Notes: a model not told the origin generated them from the letters alone. Counted from the stretch's first letter, positions 48,115 through 58,373 are shown. The stretch is DNA of 64,000 nt from Candidatus Cloacimonadales bacterium (GCA_963665815.1 OY762463.1:3520001-3584000); one strand, 5' to 3'. Numbers and translations: made by a program.

Positions 48115-50208
48115 ATGAAACAAAAAAAGAATCAACATCGCATGAAATTTAAAAAATACACTTTAGAGAATCGCATATTAACGACGTTTGTTATTTTCAG
48201 TATTTTACTGACTGCTGTATTGTTATTGGCTTCATCGCAACTGACAAAATGGCAGATAAGACAGTACGAAAAAAACAATGGTAATCAGATTTACCACAGG
48301 ATTACAACGGAAATTAACAAAGATATCAGTAATCAACTGAAAAGTCTTAATGAGTTGAAAGAGAAATTTGTAAATACTGATAACCGAATACTCAGAAAAC
48401 AGTTTGCAGATATCGCTGTCAGGGATTCAGCAAGAAGTACTTTTGTTGGAACTGTAATAGTTTATGATGCGGATTACAATCTTCAGATAGGAGAAAGATG
48501 GGAAGTTACCGATAGTATAAGAGTTATTCTTGATGATAATTTAATAATGAGAGATGTAGGTGATTTTAAAGTGTATTTTGACCGACAAATTTATCTTGTG
48601 TCATTTATAAGAGATGTCGGGAGAACATTTGTATCTTACAAGATGATGTCAGAAGAGTATTTCAGAAAAGCGATTGATAACAGTCTTTATCTGCTGGATT
48701 ATCCAATTCTTAATTATCAGATTGCTGATTTAACATTTCTCAAGGACAAGCGTAGAGAGTTTAATGATGTTGTTTCGGAAAACTACCAGGAACATCGCTT
48801 TAATTTCCAGGAATCCTTAGGACATGAATATGGAATTATTGTTTACTGGCTTGAAGATTTTCAAAATATAAACAGGAAATTTATCCTGATTCCGGGACGC
48901 AGGACAGTAAATATCTTTTTTAATCAGAGTTTTATGATTATCTACTTAATCCTGTTCTCATTCAGTCTCTTTATTGTTGTCGTATTCAGTAACTGGGTAA
49001 GTCAAAATCTATTGAAGCCTTTGCACAAAGTATCACTTTCGATGATCAATATAATGAACAACCCTCTTACAAAACCGGAAGAAACAGAGTTTCATGATGG
49101 AGTTGTAGGTGATTTAAGGCGAACATTCTATCAAATGCAGTTATCATTATACAATTATTTCGAGGCAAACAAAATATATAAAACAATATCAACAAATATT
49201 GCAACTGCAATATTCTGGCTAGACGAAGATTTTATTATAGAGCATGCCAATCCCATGTTTTATGAAATGTTCCCCATCGAAGAAAGCAATATCAATTTTG
49301 CTGATTTGATTGATTTGAGAGATGAAGAGCTTCAGCAACTGAATAAAGGTAAACTTACTCTTGGGACAAAAGAAGTTGTGCGTGGGGCAATCAGAAAATA
49401 TTATGCTTTGACAATAAATACAGTTGATGATGATCTTAATAGAAAATACGCAGGTTCAGTCATTGATATCACTTCAGAAGTGCAGGGTAAGCAAGCTTTG
49501 GAAGCGCTGCAGCTTGGGTTGATCAGATCTAATAAGCTGGAAGCAATAGGTTCAAAAATTGATGGATTGATTCACAATATGAACTCTCAGTTGAATACAA
49601 TTCTTGGATTTTCACTTCTTATGGAGAAAGATATTGGTGAAAACAGAGACCTGAAGCGGATAATCAGTGCAGGGAAGAATCTTACTCAGTTTGTTAAGGA
49701 TTTACAGCATAAATACAGGTCGGATAATATAGCAATGAGAAGACCCCTCAATATTAATGATATAATAGAGAATGAACTGAATTTGTGTATACATAATCTT
49801 TTCTGTAAGCATCATGTGGAAATGATGCGGGAACTTGATTATGATCTTCCTGACTATTATGGAATTTACGGAGAGATCAGTCAGTGTTTTGCAAATGTAC
49901 TGACAAATGCTATTGAATCGCTGAAGGATGCCCCTGTAAAAAAAATACATGTCAAAACATATTCCGAAGATGGATTTTACTGCATAAGAGTAACAGATAC
50001 AGGATGCGGGATTGCTGCTGTAAATAAAATGAAAGTATTTAATCCTGGCTTTACGACTAATCCTGATCATGCAGGATTTGGTATCGGGCTGTCTGTGACA
50101 AGAATAATAATGGAAAAATATAAGGGATCAATTGAGTTTGATTCCAGAGAAAATAAAGGCTCTGAATTTGTTCTGAAATTCGGTATGGATACAAAGCCTA
50201 TAGATTGA
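48115..50208 (+). CDS. Membrane sensor histidine kinase (PilS-like position)
   Basis: Two TMs, HAMP/PAS-like region, LIHNMNS H-box, NVLTNA, DTGCG, GFGIGL. Confidence 0.9.
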   Translation: MKQKKNQHRMKFKKYTLENRILTTFVIFSILLTAVLLLASSQLTKWQIRQYEKNNGNQIYHRITTEINKDISNQLKSLNELKEKFVNTDNRILRKQFADIAVRDSARSTFVGTVIVYDADYNLQIGERWEVTDSIRVILDDNLIMRDVGDFKVYFDRQIYLVSFIRDVGRTFVSYKMMSEEYFRKAIDNSLYLLDYPILNYQIADLTFLKDKRREFNDVVSENYQEHRFNFQESLGHEYGIIVYWLEDFQNINRKFILIPGRRTVNIFFNQSFMIIYLILFSFSLFIVVVFSNWVSQNLLKPLHKVSLSMINIMNNPLTKPEETEFHDGVVGDLRRTFYQMQLSLYNYFEANKIYKTISTNIATAIFWLDEDFIIEHANPMFYEMFPIEESNINFADLIDLRDEELQQLNKGKLTLGTKEVVRGAIRKYYALTINTVDDDLNRKYAGSVIDITSEVQGKQALEALQLGLIRSNKLEAIGSKIDGLIHNMNSQLNTILGFSLLMEKDIGENRDLKRIISAGKNLTQFVKDLQHKYRSDNIAMRRPLNINDIIENELNLCIHNLFCKHHVEMMRELDYDLPDYYGIYGEISQCFANVLTNAIESLKDAPVKKIHVKTYSEDGFYCIRVTDTGCGIAAVNKMKVFNPGFTTNPDHAGFGIGLSVTRIIMEKYKGSIEFDSRENKGSEFVLKFGMDTKPID

Positions 50209-51611
50209 TGGAGAAATGTATGGTAGATTTTAAAGATGCCAGAATTTTGATAATAGATGATGAAGCTGATGCCCTGGAATTATTCGAAAGGCAACTGAAG
50301 GACTATTACAATGTTACTGCAGTTCAGACTGTAGATAAAGTGTTTGAACTTCTGGACAAGGAGTTGTTTCACATTGTTCTGACAGATGTAGTTATGCCCG
50401 AAATTACAGGTATAGAATTACTGGAAACAATAAAAGAGAAATGGCCTCATGTTTCGGTGGTTGTAATAAGCGGAAAAGCCAGTGTTGATATGGCTGTAAA
50501 GGCTATGAAGCTTGGTGCTGAAGATTTCATTGAGAAACCAATTCTTGATATGGATCTGCTGCACATGAAGGTTGAGAAAATACTGACTCAAAAATGGCAG
50601 TCTAATGAAATTGAGAGACTTAAGAATATACTTGATAACGAACTGGATATCGAAAATTTTGTGGGTAACAGTTATACGATTCAAAAATTGCTGGAGAAAG
50701 TCAGACTTATTGCACCTCTTGACACAACTGTATTGATAATGGGGGAGACAGGAGTAGGGAAAGAAGTCTTTGCGAATCTGCTTTACAGGAATAGTAATCG
50801 AAAAGATAGAAAATTTGTGACGGTTAATTGTGGTGCAATGCCGGAAAATCTGCTGGAAAGTATGTTGTTTGGTCATAAGAAAGGTGCTTTTACAAGTGCT
50901 GACAGAGATAAAATAGGGTATTTTCAGGAAGCTGATGGGGGAACTCTGTTTTTGGATGAGATTACTGAAACCTCAAGGGAATTTCAGATAAAGCTGTTAA
51001 GAGTTTTGGAGCAGGGAACAATCCGTCAAGTTGGGGGAGATGAAGATATAAAGGTTGATGTCAGAATTGTGGCAGCAACAAACAGAGATCTTGAGTCAGA
51101 AGTTGCAAAGAAGACCTTCCGTGAGGATTTGTATTACCGTCTCAATATTATGAGTCTGCATATCCCTCCCTTAAGAGAAAGAAAGGAAGATATTGAACTT
51201 CTTGCTTATGAATTTGTCAGGAAATTTTCAGAAAAATATAATAAGGATTACTTAACATTGCCTGAACCGGTAATTGATGCATTAACAGGATACAAGTGGA
51301 AGGGTAATGTTAGAGAACTGAGAAATGTAATTGAACATGCTGTTGTGATGTCAACCCATAATACTGTCAGTGTTGAGGATTTACCATTCTATAGAAAATA
51401 TAGTCGTGAAAAACGAAAAATGGAGATAGAAGAATTATTCAAGCTCTCTGTAAAAGATGCAAAGAATGAATTTGAGAAGCATTATCTGCTTTTCAAATTG
51501 AAACAGTATAACGGAGATATTGTTAGTGTGGTAAATGCAACAGGTATTAAAAGACAGAACTTGTATGAGAAATTTAAAAGATACGAGATAGATATTAACT
51601 CTTTCAGATGA
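50205..51611 (+). CDS. Sigma-54-dependent response regulator (NtrC/PilR family)
   Basis: REC domain; GETGVGKE, GAFTSA, LFLDE, FREDLYYRL, WKGNVRELRN; C-terminal HTH; true start may be 50220. Confidence 0.96.
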   Translation: MMEKCMVDFKDARILIIDDEADALELFERQLKDYYNVTAVQTVDKVFELLDKELFHIVLTDVVMPEITGIELLETIKEKWPHVSVVVISGKASVDMAVKAMKLGAEDFIEKPILDMDLLHMKVEKILTQKWQSNEIERLKNILDNELDIENFVGNSYTIQKLLEKVRLIAPLDTTVLIMGETGVGKEVFANLLYRNSNRKDRKFVTVNCGAMPENLLESMLFGHKKGAFTSADRDKIGYFQEADGGTLFLDEITETSREFQIKLLRVLEQGTIRQVGGDEDIKVDVRIVAATNRDLESEVAKKTFREDLYYRLNIMSLHIPPLRERKEDIELLAYEFVRKFSEKYNKDYLTLPEPVIDALTGYKWKGNVRELRNVIEHAVVMSTHNTVSVEDLPFYRKYSREKRKMEIEELFKLSVKDAKNEFEKHYLLFKLKQYNGDIVSVVNATGIKRQNLYEKFKRYEIDINSFR

Positions 51612-51612
51612 T

Positions 51613-51662
51613 TGTCATAAAAAAATGACATGTCCTATATTTTGTGTCATAAAATCATGACA
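51613..51662. promoter_or_regulatory. Tandem enhancer (UAS) palindromes
   Basis: TGTCA-N8-TGACA at 51613-51630 and 51645-51662, 32 bp apart. Confidence 0.75.
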
Positions 51663-51776
51663 AATTTTGTGCATAATTAACTGAAAATAGGTTTAAATGA
51701 TAATCAGAAAAAAAGTAGCGCTTATAAAGCCTTGCTATTAAAGGATTCAAAAAATAGTATTAAAAAAAGTTAAGTT

Positions 51777-51792
51777 TGGCATCGTGGTTGCA
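51777..51792 (+). promoter_or_regulatory. Sigma-54 promoter of the pilin gene
   Basis: TGGCATCGTGGTTGCA, GG-N10-GC. Confidence 0.85.
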
Positions 51793-51857
51793 TTTAATGT
51801 TTGCAGATAGAGTGAAATATTTAATCATAAACAAAAAAACTTAACTGGAGGAACCCG

Positions 51858-52301
51858 ATGGGAACACAACAGATTTTATTAATCGTACTTAGCGTAATCG
51901 TAGTAGGAATCGCAGTAGCAGTAGGTATTCAAATGTTTTCAACACAGGCACAAAATGCTAATCGTCAGGCAGTAATGGGCGATTTACAAAATTATGGTGC
52001 AAGTGCAGTAGCTCACTTCAAAATGCCAGCAAGCATGGGTGGCGGTGGAAAAGGTACACCTGGATTTGGTGCAGATTTAGCAGCAGCAAAAGCAGGTGTT
52101 GGAAGATATATGGGATTTACAGCAGCAGGAACCTTGACAAATGATAACGGAACTTATACACTTGGTTATACAAGTGCATCAGTTGTAACAATCACTGGTG
52201 TTGGAACTGAAATTGGTCAGGATGGAACAAATGGTGTTCAAGCAGTACTTACAGTAACAGGAACAGCAGCATCACCACTTTCTACAACCATTGCTAACTA
52301 A
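51858..52301 (+). CDS. Probable major pilin with a non-canonical N-terminus
   Basis: GGAGG SD; MGTQQILLIVLSVIVVGIAVAVG hydrophobic helix then amphipathic helix; first gene of the pilus locus. Confidence 0.75.
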   Translation: MGTQQILLIVLSVIVVGIAVAVGIQMFSTQAQNANRQAVMGDLQNYGASAVAHFKMPASMGGGGKGTPGFGADLAAAKAGVGRYMGFTAAGTLTNDNGTYTLGYTSASVVTITGVGTEIGQDGTNGVQAVLTVTGTAASPLSTTIAN

Positions 52302-52327
52302 TACGCTGAAAGTATAATTTAATTTTC

Positions 52328-52349
52328 AGGGGGAGTTCAGACTCCCCCT
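52328..52349 (+). terminator. GC-rich hairpin after the pilin gene (no U tail)
   Basis: AGGGGGAGT-TCAG-ACTCCCCCT. Confidence 0.6.
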
Positions 52350-52413
52350 CAGACTCTTGACGGACTTGATAACATATTTTCAAGTTCGTCTATTGGTAAT
52401 TCAGGGAAAGAAT

Positions 52414-53757
52414 ATGTCGAATGAATTTAAGTATCTGGGAGTTACTCAATCGGGTAAGGGAGTGTCCGGGGTTGTTATTGCCAAAAGTATGGGGCACGCA
52501 AAGCAAATTGTAGGTGACATTGCTCAAAAACATGACTTTCGAATTAATTCCATATTACCTCGAAAAAAGTTTCTTTATTCTGTTAAACTGTCAAACGGTC
52601 AGAAAATTAAAGGGAAACAAGCTGCTTATACAAAGGAAGAAGTTGGGAATGCACTAATAAAGATTGGATATACAAATTTTTCTATTCAGCCTGTATTACT
52701 GGATTTCCAGTTCAAGCCTTCATTTGCAAGTATATTGTTGTTTGTAAATCTGAGTTCATTTATGCTCAAAGAGAAAATGAGCTATGACAGGATACTCAGG
52801 CTACTGGCAGAAGATGAGTCAAATCCTACTCTCAAGGAAACCCTGAAGAAGATTGAAAGTGAACTCAAAAAAGGTAAAAATGGTACTGAAGTTTTTAACA
52901 GGTATGGAGATGTATTCGGAAAATTTCCGGCATACATGTTAGGGCTTGCGACCAAGTCCGGTAATATGGCAGAAGTCTATGATGCCACAGCAAAATTCAT
53001 GACAAGAGATATGGAGTACAGAAAGAGTCTTAAACAGGCTCTAATGAGTCCATTACTTACTGTTGTTGCAATGATTGGTGCAGTATTATATTATTTGATC
53101 AAGATTTTCCCTGCTACAGCAAAATTGTTTGAAAAATTCGGAATAGAGCTTCCTGTGCTGACAAGAAATACCCTGAAACTCAGTGATTTTCTTACTGCAA
53201 ACTGGATATTGATTGTTCTTGCTATGCTTATTCCCATCGCGGGAGTGCTCTTATGGTGGAGGACAGATAAAGGTAAACTTTTCAGGGATAAGTTTATTAT
53301 TGGGCTTCCTGTTATTGGCCATTTGCTTCATAAATCCAGTATTGAGATATTCTTCAGGGTATTCTCAGCTATATACGGTGGAGCTGAAAATAACATTGAA
53401 ACTCTTCGAGCTTCTGCTGAAGCTTGCAGAAATAAATATATAGAGAAGGGGGTAAAGGATATAGCAATACCTCTGATGCTTAAAGAAGGTATGTCATTAG
53501 TACCTGCGCTGCATAGAGCAGGAGTATTTAACAAAAGTACTCTCAGTAGACTTAAAACCGGTTCTGAGACTGGTAACGTATTGCAGGCCGCTAAACAGAT
53601 ATGCTCATTTTACGAGCAGGAAACTACGTATAAAATGCAGAATGTGATTCAATCGATCCAGACATTAATCAGTATGTTTGTTTCAATTGTTATTACTGCT
53701 TTGACCGTGATTTCCGCAGAAATTGCAACTATTCAGCCACCTCCTCCGGGAATATAG
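52414..53757 (+). CDS. pilC: Type IV pilus platform protein (GspF/PilC family)
   Basis: Two GspF repeats (SGNMAEV, GSETGN), ELP.LTR, LPVIG; start at MSNEF. Confidence 0.88.
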   Translation: MSNEFKYLGVTQSGKGVSGVVIAKSMGHAKQIVGDIAQKHDFRINSILPRKKFLYSVKLSNGQKIKGKQAAYTKEEVGNALIKIGYTNFSIQPVLLDFQFKPSFASILLFVNLSSFMLKEKMSYDRILRLLAEDESNPTLKETLKKIESELKKGKNGTEVFNRYGDVFGKFPAYMLGLATKSGNMAEVYDATAKFMTRDMEYRKSLKQALMSPLLTVVAMIGAVLYYLIKIFPATAKLFEKFGIELPVLTRNTLKLSDFLTANWILIVLAMLIPIAGVLLWWRTDKGKLFRDKFIIGLPVIGHLLHKSSIEIFFRVFSAIYGGAENNIETLRASAEACRNKYIEKGVKDIAIPLMLKEGMSLVPALHRAGVFNKSTLSRLKTGSETGNVLQAAKQICSFYEQETTYKMQNVIQSIQTLISMFVSIVITALTVISAEIATIQPPPPGI

Positions 53758-53763
53758 GTAATC

Positions 53764-55548
53764 GTGTCATTTAAAAACAGATTTGCTGATATTTTACATG
53801 AAAAGCAGGTAGTGTCCGATGATGTGCTTAATGAAGCACTCAGAGTGCAGATGGAAGAAGAATCTGCAAATCGGAGAAAACTTGCTGATATTCTTGTCAG
53901 TGATTTTAATATAGAACATCATAGTGTCTTTGGTTTGTTGGCAAGAATGTATGCCTTCAGAACCGTAACAGTAAATATTGATAATTTAACCGATAAACAT
54001 ATAAACCAGACGAAGTCCTTATTAAACAAAATTCCGGAAGGACTTAGAAAAGAACTGCTGTATAACAAAATTTTACCTTACCGGGAAACACAAAAACCAA
54101 GACCGACATTAATTATACTGGCGGCTGATCCAACCGATAAGCTTGTTGAGGAAATACCCAAAAGCTCGGGTTTCAAGAAGTATGAAGTTGTATATTGCCG
54201 ACTATCCACAATCGAAGAATTAATAGATATTATTGCACCTCAGAAAAACGAGTTTCTGGATATTCTGAAAGAGGTCGGAGATCAGATTGAAGAACTGGAA
54301 GAAAGCAGATCAAAATCTGTCATTGACGAATATGCTCTGGACGATGAGATCAATAAAAGTCTGCTTGTTAACCTTTTTGAAGGCTGCCTTATTGAAGCAG
54401 TACGAAAAGGAGCAAGTGATATTCACATTATTCCGCATGGAGCTTCCACGGTTGATTTCTATTTCAGAGTAGATGGTAAGCTTACTCTCTGGCTTCGGCA
54501 GGATCAGACTTCTCCGGAAGCAATGGCTGCAGTTGTTAAGGACAGATCAAACGGTGTAGATAGATTTGAAAGAGATACTGCACAGGATGGTTTCGCCCAG
54601 AGAAATATCGATGGTAACCTTATTCGTTTCAGGGTCTCCATTGTTGCCATAACATCTTCTGAGTACGAGCGGAGACTGGAAAGTATTGTTATCCGGGTTA
54701 TTGATGATCGTAATGTTATCACTAATCTGAGACAACTTGGTTTTCAGGAAAAAGCGGAAGGTGATTTCCTTAAATCAATATCTAAATCTAAGGGAGTTGT
54801 TCTTGTAACCGGTCCGACCGGTAGTGGTAAAAGTACTACTCTCATGGCTGCTCTGTATCAGATTATTGATCCGTCTATAAATATACTGACTTGCGAGGAT
54901 CCGGTTGAGTATGTGATTCGAGGAGCAAGACAGCTTAAAATTGGAGCGAAAATGTCTTTTGACCAAGCTATCAGAGCTATCCTTCGTCATGACCCCGATG
55001 TTGTGATGGTAGGGGAGATTCGTGACAAAACTACTGCAGAGACTGCAGTTAAACTTGCGAATACCGGTCACTTGACATTCTCAACACTGCACACTAATGA
55101 TGCTCCAAGTGCAGTATCCAGACTTTACAAAATGGGAGTAGAACCATTTCTGCTTGCCTATGCAATTAATATCATTGTTGCACAGCGTCTTGTAAGAAAA
55201 TTGTGCAAAACATGTCGAGAAGTTATAAAACCCGAACGATACAAATCCGGACTTGAACTTGGACTGTCATTGGAAGAAATGAAGTCCGGGAACATTTATC
55301 AGCCGGGGCCGGGATGCCAGAATTGTCATAACGGTTATAAGGGTCGGGTAAATATTTGTGAAGCTCTTTATTTCACGCCGGAAGTAAGAAAAGCTGTTGC
55401 CGAATCAGGTGAAGAAGTAGATGAAGCCAGGATTCGCGAAGTTGCCGAAGGTCAGGGAATGCTTTCTCTGATGGAGTCCGGGAGAGACAGAATCAGAAAT
55501 GGACTTACTTCTGTGGAAGAAATAATTTACGCAACCTCGGAGGATTAA
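53764..55548 (+). CDS. pilB: Pilus assembly ATPase (GspE/PilB)
   Basis: ASDIHI, GPTGSGKS, EDPVE, LRHDPD..MVGEIRD, TGHL..STLH, CKTC/CQNC. Confidence 0.93.
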   Translation: MSFKNRFADILHEKQVVSDDVLNEALRVQMEEESANRRKLADILVSDFNIEHHSVFGLLARMYAFRTVTVNIDNLTDKHINQTKSLLNKIPEGLRKELLYNKILPYRETQKPRPTLIILAADPTDKLVEEIPKSSGFKKYEVVYCRLSTIEELIDIIAPQKNEFLDILKEVGDQIEELEESRSKSVIDEYALDDEINKSLLVNLFEGCLIEAVRKGASDIHIIPHGASTVDFYFRVDGKLTLWLRQDQTSPEAMAAVVKDRSNGVDRFERDTAQDGFAQRNIDGNLIRFRVSIVAITSSEYERRLESIVIRVIDDRNVITNLRQLGFQEKAEGDFLKSISKSKGVVLVTGPTGSGKSTTLMAALYQIIDPSINILTCEDPVEYVIRGARQLKIGAKMSFDQAIRAILRHDPDVVMVGEIRDKTTAETAVKLANTGHLTFSTLHTNDAPSAVSRLYKMGVEPFLLAYAINIIVAQRLVRKLCKTCREVIKPERYKSGLELGLSLEEMKSGNIYQPGPGCQNCHNGYKGRVNICEALYFTPEVRKAVAESGEEVDEARIREVAEGQGMLSLMESGRDRIRNGLTSVEEIIYATSED

Positions 55549-55976
55549 TGGGAAATCAGATGCTTTTAACCATACTTGCAGTATCACTGTTTACAACAAT
55601 GATAATGTCAATGCATTACGGGCAAATGATAAAGAATGAGAACATGTACAAAGCTCATTATTATCTTCAGGGAATGAAAGTTGCAGATAAGTATTTTCAG
55701 AAGATTGAATCGGATCTTCTTGGAAAAGTAAAAACCTTTGCCGGAACGAATACTTTTTATTCAGGTTACACTACAACTGAGACAGTGAATTCTATAACAT
55801 ACACTGTTGGTGTTTCATCAACATATTGTGATTCTATTGGAACTACAGCTTATTCAGCTACTGACTTTATCAGAATAAATCTTAGTGTGTCTTCTGTTCC
55901 AACAACAGGGGATACTCTTGTAATAGGGACCTCAAGCTATCCTTTATCAAGGATATATCCCGATCCGGGACTTTAG
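55548..55976 (+). CDS. Putative minor pilin
   Basis: MGNQMLLTILAVSLF hydrophobic N-terminus; locus context. Confidence 0.6.
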   Translation: MGNQMLLTILAVSLFTTMIMSMHYGQMIKNENMYKAHYYLQGMKVADKYFQKIESDLLGKVKTFAGTNTFYSGYTTTETVNSITYTVGVSSTYCDSIGTTAYSATDFIRINLSVSSVPTTGDTLVIGTSSYPLSRIYPDPGL

Positions 55977-55985
55977 GAGTAAATC

Positions 55986-56534
55986 ATGAATCCGATGCTT
56001 GATACAATTGGTGCATTGATTATAGGCGGAGCATTGCTTGTTGCAATGTGGACAGCTTATACAAATTATACAGCAATGCATCAAAACGCCAATATGCAGA
56101 TGAATCTGACAACATTGTCAGAGGAAGTTTCGTTGATGCTGGGTTCATTCTACCTGCCGAAAGTAGGTTCCGGTGTACCTACCGGAACAGCTGCTATTCA
56201 GATAGCTAATTCAACAGGATTTCAGTTCCTTGGACGGGAGAGTTACTCAACTTCGGTTGATACATTTTATGTATTTCAGGATACAGTATCAACGCAGAAG
56301 GTTGTGAAAGTCAGCAGAAACGGAGTGGAAATTGCAGGTCCGTTTTTCATGAATAGTGATATGAATATCACGTATTATAATCAAGCAGATGCTGTTACGG
56401 CTACAATATCAGATATCAGATCAGTTAAAGTGGAAATTGAATTAGTATATGAAGGTTGGAGTACAAATGCAAATACTCTTAACCTTGTGAATAAAATTGT
56501 ATTCTGGACTTATTTTAAAAACCTCTACATATGA
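55986..56534 (+). CDS. Putative minor pilin (PilW-like)
   Basis: MNPMLDTIGALIIGG; C-terminal DIRSVKVEI...KNL pattern. Confidence 0.6.
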   Translation: MNPMLDTIGALIIGGALLVAMWTAYTNYTAMHQNANMQMNLTTLSEEVSLMLGSFYLPKVGSGVPTGTAAIQIANSTGFQFLGRESYSTSVDTFYVFQDTVSTQKVVKVSRNGVEIAGPFFMNSDMNITYYNQADAVTATISDIRSVKVEIELVYEGWSTNANTLNLVNKIVFWTYFKNLYI

Positions 56535-56543
56535 GGAGGAAAA

Positions 56544-57479
56544 ATGGGAAAGCTTCTATTATTAATGGTTCTTTTGATAACGGTCATTTTCACAACAATG
56601 ACTATTGCAGATATCAGAAGAGCTGAACAGGCGGCAGAAGAAGTCTCAAGTAATCAGGCAAGAATACGTGCTAAAGCTTTAGGGGATTATGCCCTTAATT
56701 ATTGTACAAAAAAAATAGGAGACGGTTCTGTCACATTCAGTTCGGCACCATATACTCAGACATTTAATAACTTTAATGTCTTAGGCGGCAGTATTGACAG
56801 TGTAAGATACGTTCCAAACTCATCGAATGATACAGTAAGAGTAACTTCTTATGTTAGAGTTACAGTTGCAGGAGAACAGTCAAGATACGAAAGCGAGGCA
56901 ATGCTGTTTGTTCCAGCACCAGCATCAGTAAATGTTACAACTCCAACGGTATCTCATTCTATAGCCTGTTCCGGAACAGTCAAGACTTTCGGATTGGGCT
57001 ATATTGAAGGTGGTGCCTCCTCCAATGCTTCATTTGATATACCATCTCTGTTTAATGTAACACCTCAACAGATTATTGACAATGCAGATAATACTGTTAG
57101 GGGAGGCGTAGCTGTTGGTATCGGCAGTTTGAACGGAGTTACAGTTGTAGATGGTGATATCCTGTTTGCCGGAGCTTTTGCAGGCTCAGGGTTTCTATAT
57201 GTAAGAGGAAACCTGACAGCAGTTGGCTTAGCTTCATTCAGGGGTATTATTTACGTTGAAGGTAACCTGAGATTTGGTGGGGGATGTTTGACTAATGGTG
57301 CAGTATATGTAAATGGGGGTCCTGGTTCTACGGCTAAGTTTTATGGAATATCCATGCTGAGAACTAGTTCCTCTGATGTACAGACTGGGATTAACGCTCT
57401 TGTGAATGCGATTCCTGCTTCAACAGCACCTGCTTCTCCACCCGTAGTTCTGTCATTTGACGAAAGATATAAAAAGTAA
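56544..57479 (+). CDS. Putative PilX-like minor pilin with a beta-helix C-terminus
   Basis: MGKLLLLMVLL..., A.ALGD.AL; repeats G.LYV.GNL / GIIYVEGNL / GAVYV.G. Confidence 0.65.
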   Translation: MGKLLLLMVLLITVIFTTMTIADIRRAEQAAEEVSSNQARIRAKALGDYALNYCTKKIGDGSVTFSSAPYTQTFNNFNVLGGSIDSVRYVPNSSNDTVRVTSYVRVTVAGEQSRYESEAMLFVPAPASVNVTTPTVSHSIACSGTVKTFGLGYIEGGASSNASFDIPSLFNVTPQQIIDNADNTVRGGVAVGIGSLNGVTVVDGDILFAGAFAGSGFLYVRGNLTAVGLASFRGIIYVEGNLRFGGGCLTNGAVYVNGGPGSTAKFYGISMLRTSSSDVQTGINALVNAIPASTAPASPPVVLSFDERYKK

Positions 57480-57506
57480 GATTAATTTAGAAGGAAAGGA
57501 AAGAAT

Positions 57507-58364
57507 ATGAACCGACACATAATGATTGTTGATGATGATCAGTCATTCATTGATGTCTGTCAGGAAATCTTAGAAGATCATGATTACACGGTAAGTGTTG
57601 CCAGAAATGGTTTCGAAGCCCTCGAACAGATGAATGAAGAAAGGTTCGATCTGTTCCTTGTTGATATCAATATGCCCAAAATGAGTGGCTATGAATTAAC
57701 AAGGAAAATCAAGGAAATTCAACCATTAGCTGTAGTGATTATTGTTACAGGTAATTCTAGTATAAAAAGTGCCGTAAATGCGGTTCATTATGGAGCATTC
57801 CAGTATCTTGCCAAACCTTTTAAAGCAAGTGAACTTCTGGAAATGATTGAAAAAGGATTGGAATATGGAGAAACCCTGTTCAGTCAGATCAAGAAGTCAA
57901 TGCATGAACATACAGAAAGAACAAATAACCATAGTGAGTATCTGACATTCCTCGGTTTTCCGGCAGAGGAAATTATGCATCTTGAGAAAATCTGTAAATT
58001 CAAGAAATATTTATCCGGAGATATAATATATTCCGGTGAGGATTCTACAAGATCAATTTTTCTGTTTGATGCCGGTACAATATCAGTCTGGTACAAAAAC
58101 ATATTGATAGATTATCTTGGCAAATGGGATACATGGGGAGAAGAAAATATTCTTGTTAAAAGATCTTTCCCTATACAGTTGAAAGCCGAGACAAATGTGA
58201 GAGCTAAAATAATTGATCGAAACAGATTATTGAAGTACTTCCAGTATAGAGAAGAAAAGTATCTTAAGAAGTTTATGATTAACATCTCTAACTGTCTTTA
58301 CTTCAGATGGCAGAAATCGATTCAACGAATTACTAATCTCCAGACGGAAATAGATTTCTTATAA
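57507..58364 (+). CDS. Response regulator with a C-terminal cNMP-binding-like domain
   Basis: VDDD, VDINMP, AKP; GDIIY.GE, G.WDTWGE. Confidence 0.8.
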   Translation: MNRHIMIVDDDQSFIDVCQEILEDHDYTVSVARNGFEALEQMNEERFDLFLVDINMPKMSGYELTRKIKEIQPLAVVIIVTGNSSIKSAVNAVHYGAFQYLAKPFKASELLEMIEKGLEYGETLFSQIKKSMHEHTERTNNHSEYLTFLGFPAEEIMHLEKICKFKKYLSGDIIYSGEDSTRSIFLFDAGTISVWYKNILIDYLGKWDTWGEENILVKRSFPIQLKAETNVRAKIIDRNRLLKYFQYREEKYLKKFMINISNCLYFRWQKSIQRITNLQTEIDFL

Positions 58365-58373
58365 GGAGGAATT

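Noticed and set aside
51858..52301. Electrically conductive pilus (e-pilin) linked to the Fe-S locus
   Set aside because: Only 8 aromatic residues (4 F, 4 Y) in 147 aa with long aromatic-free stretches; nothing links the two loci
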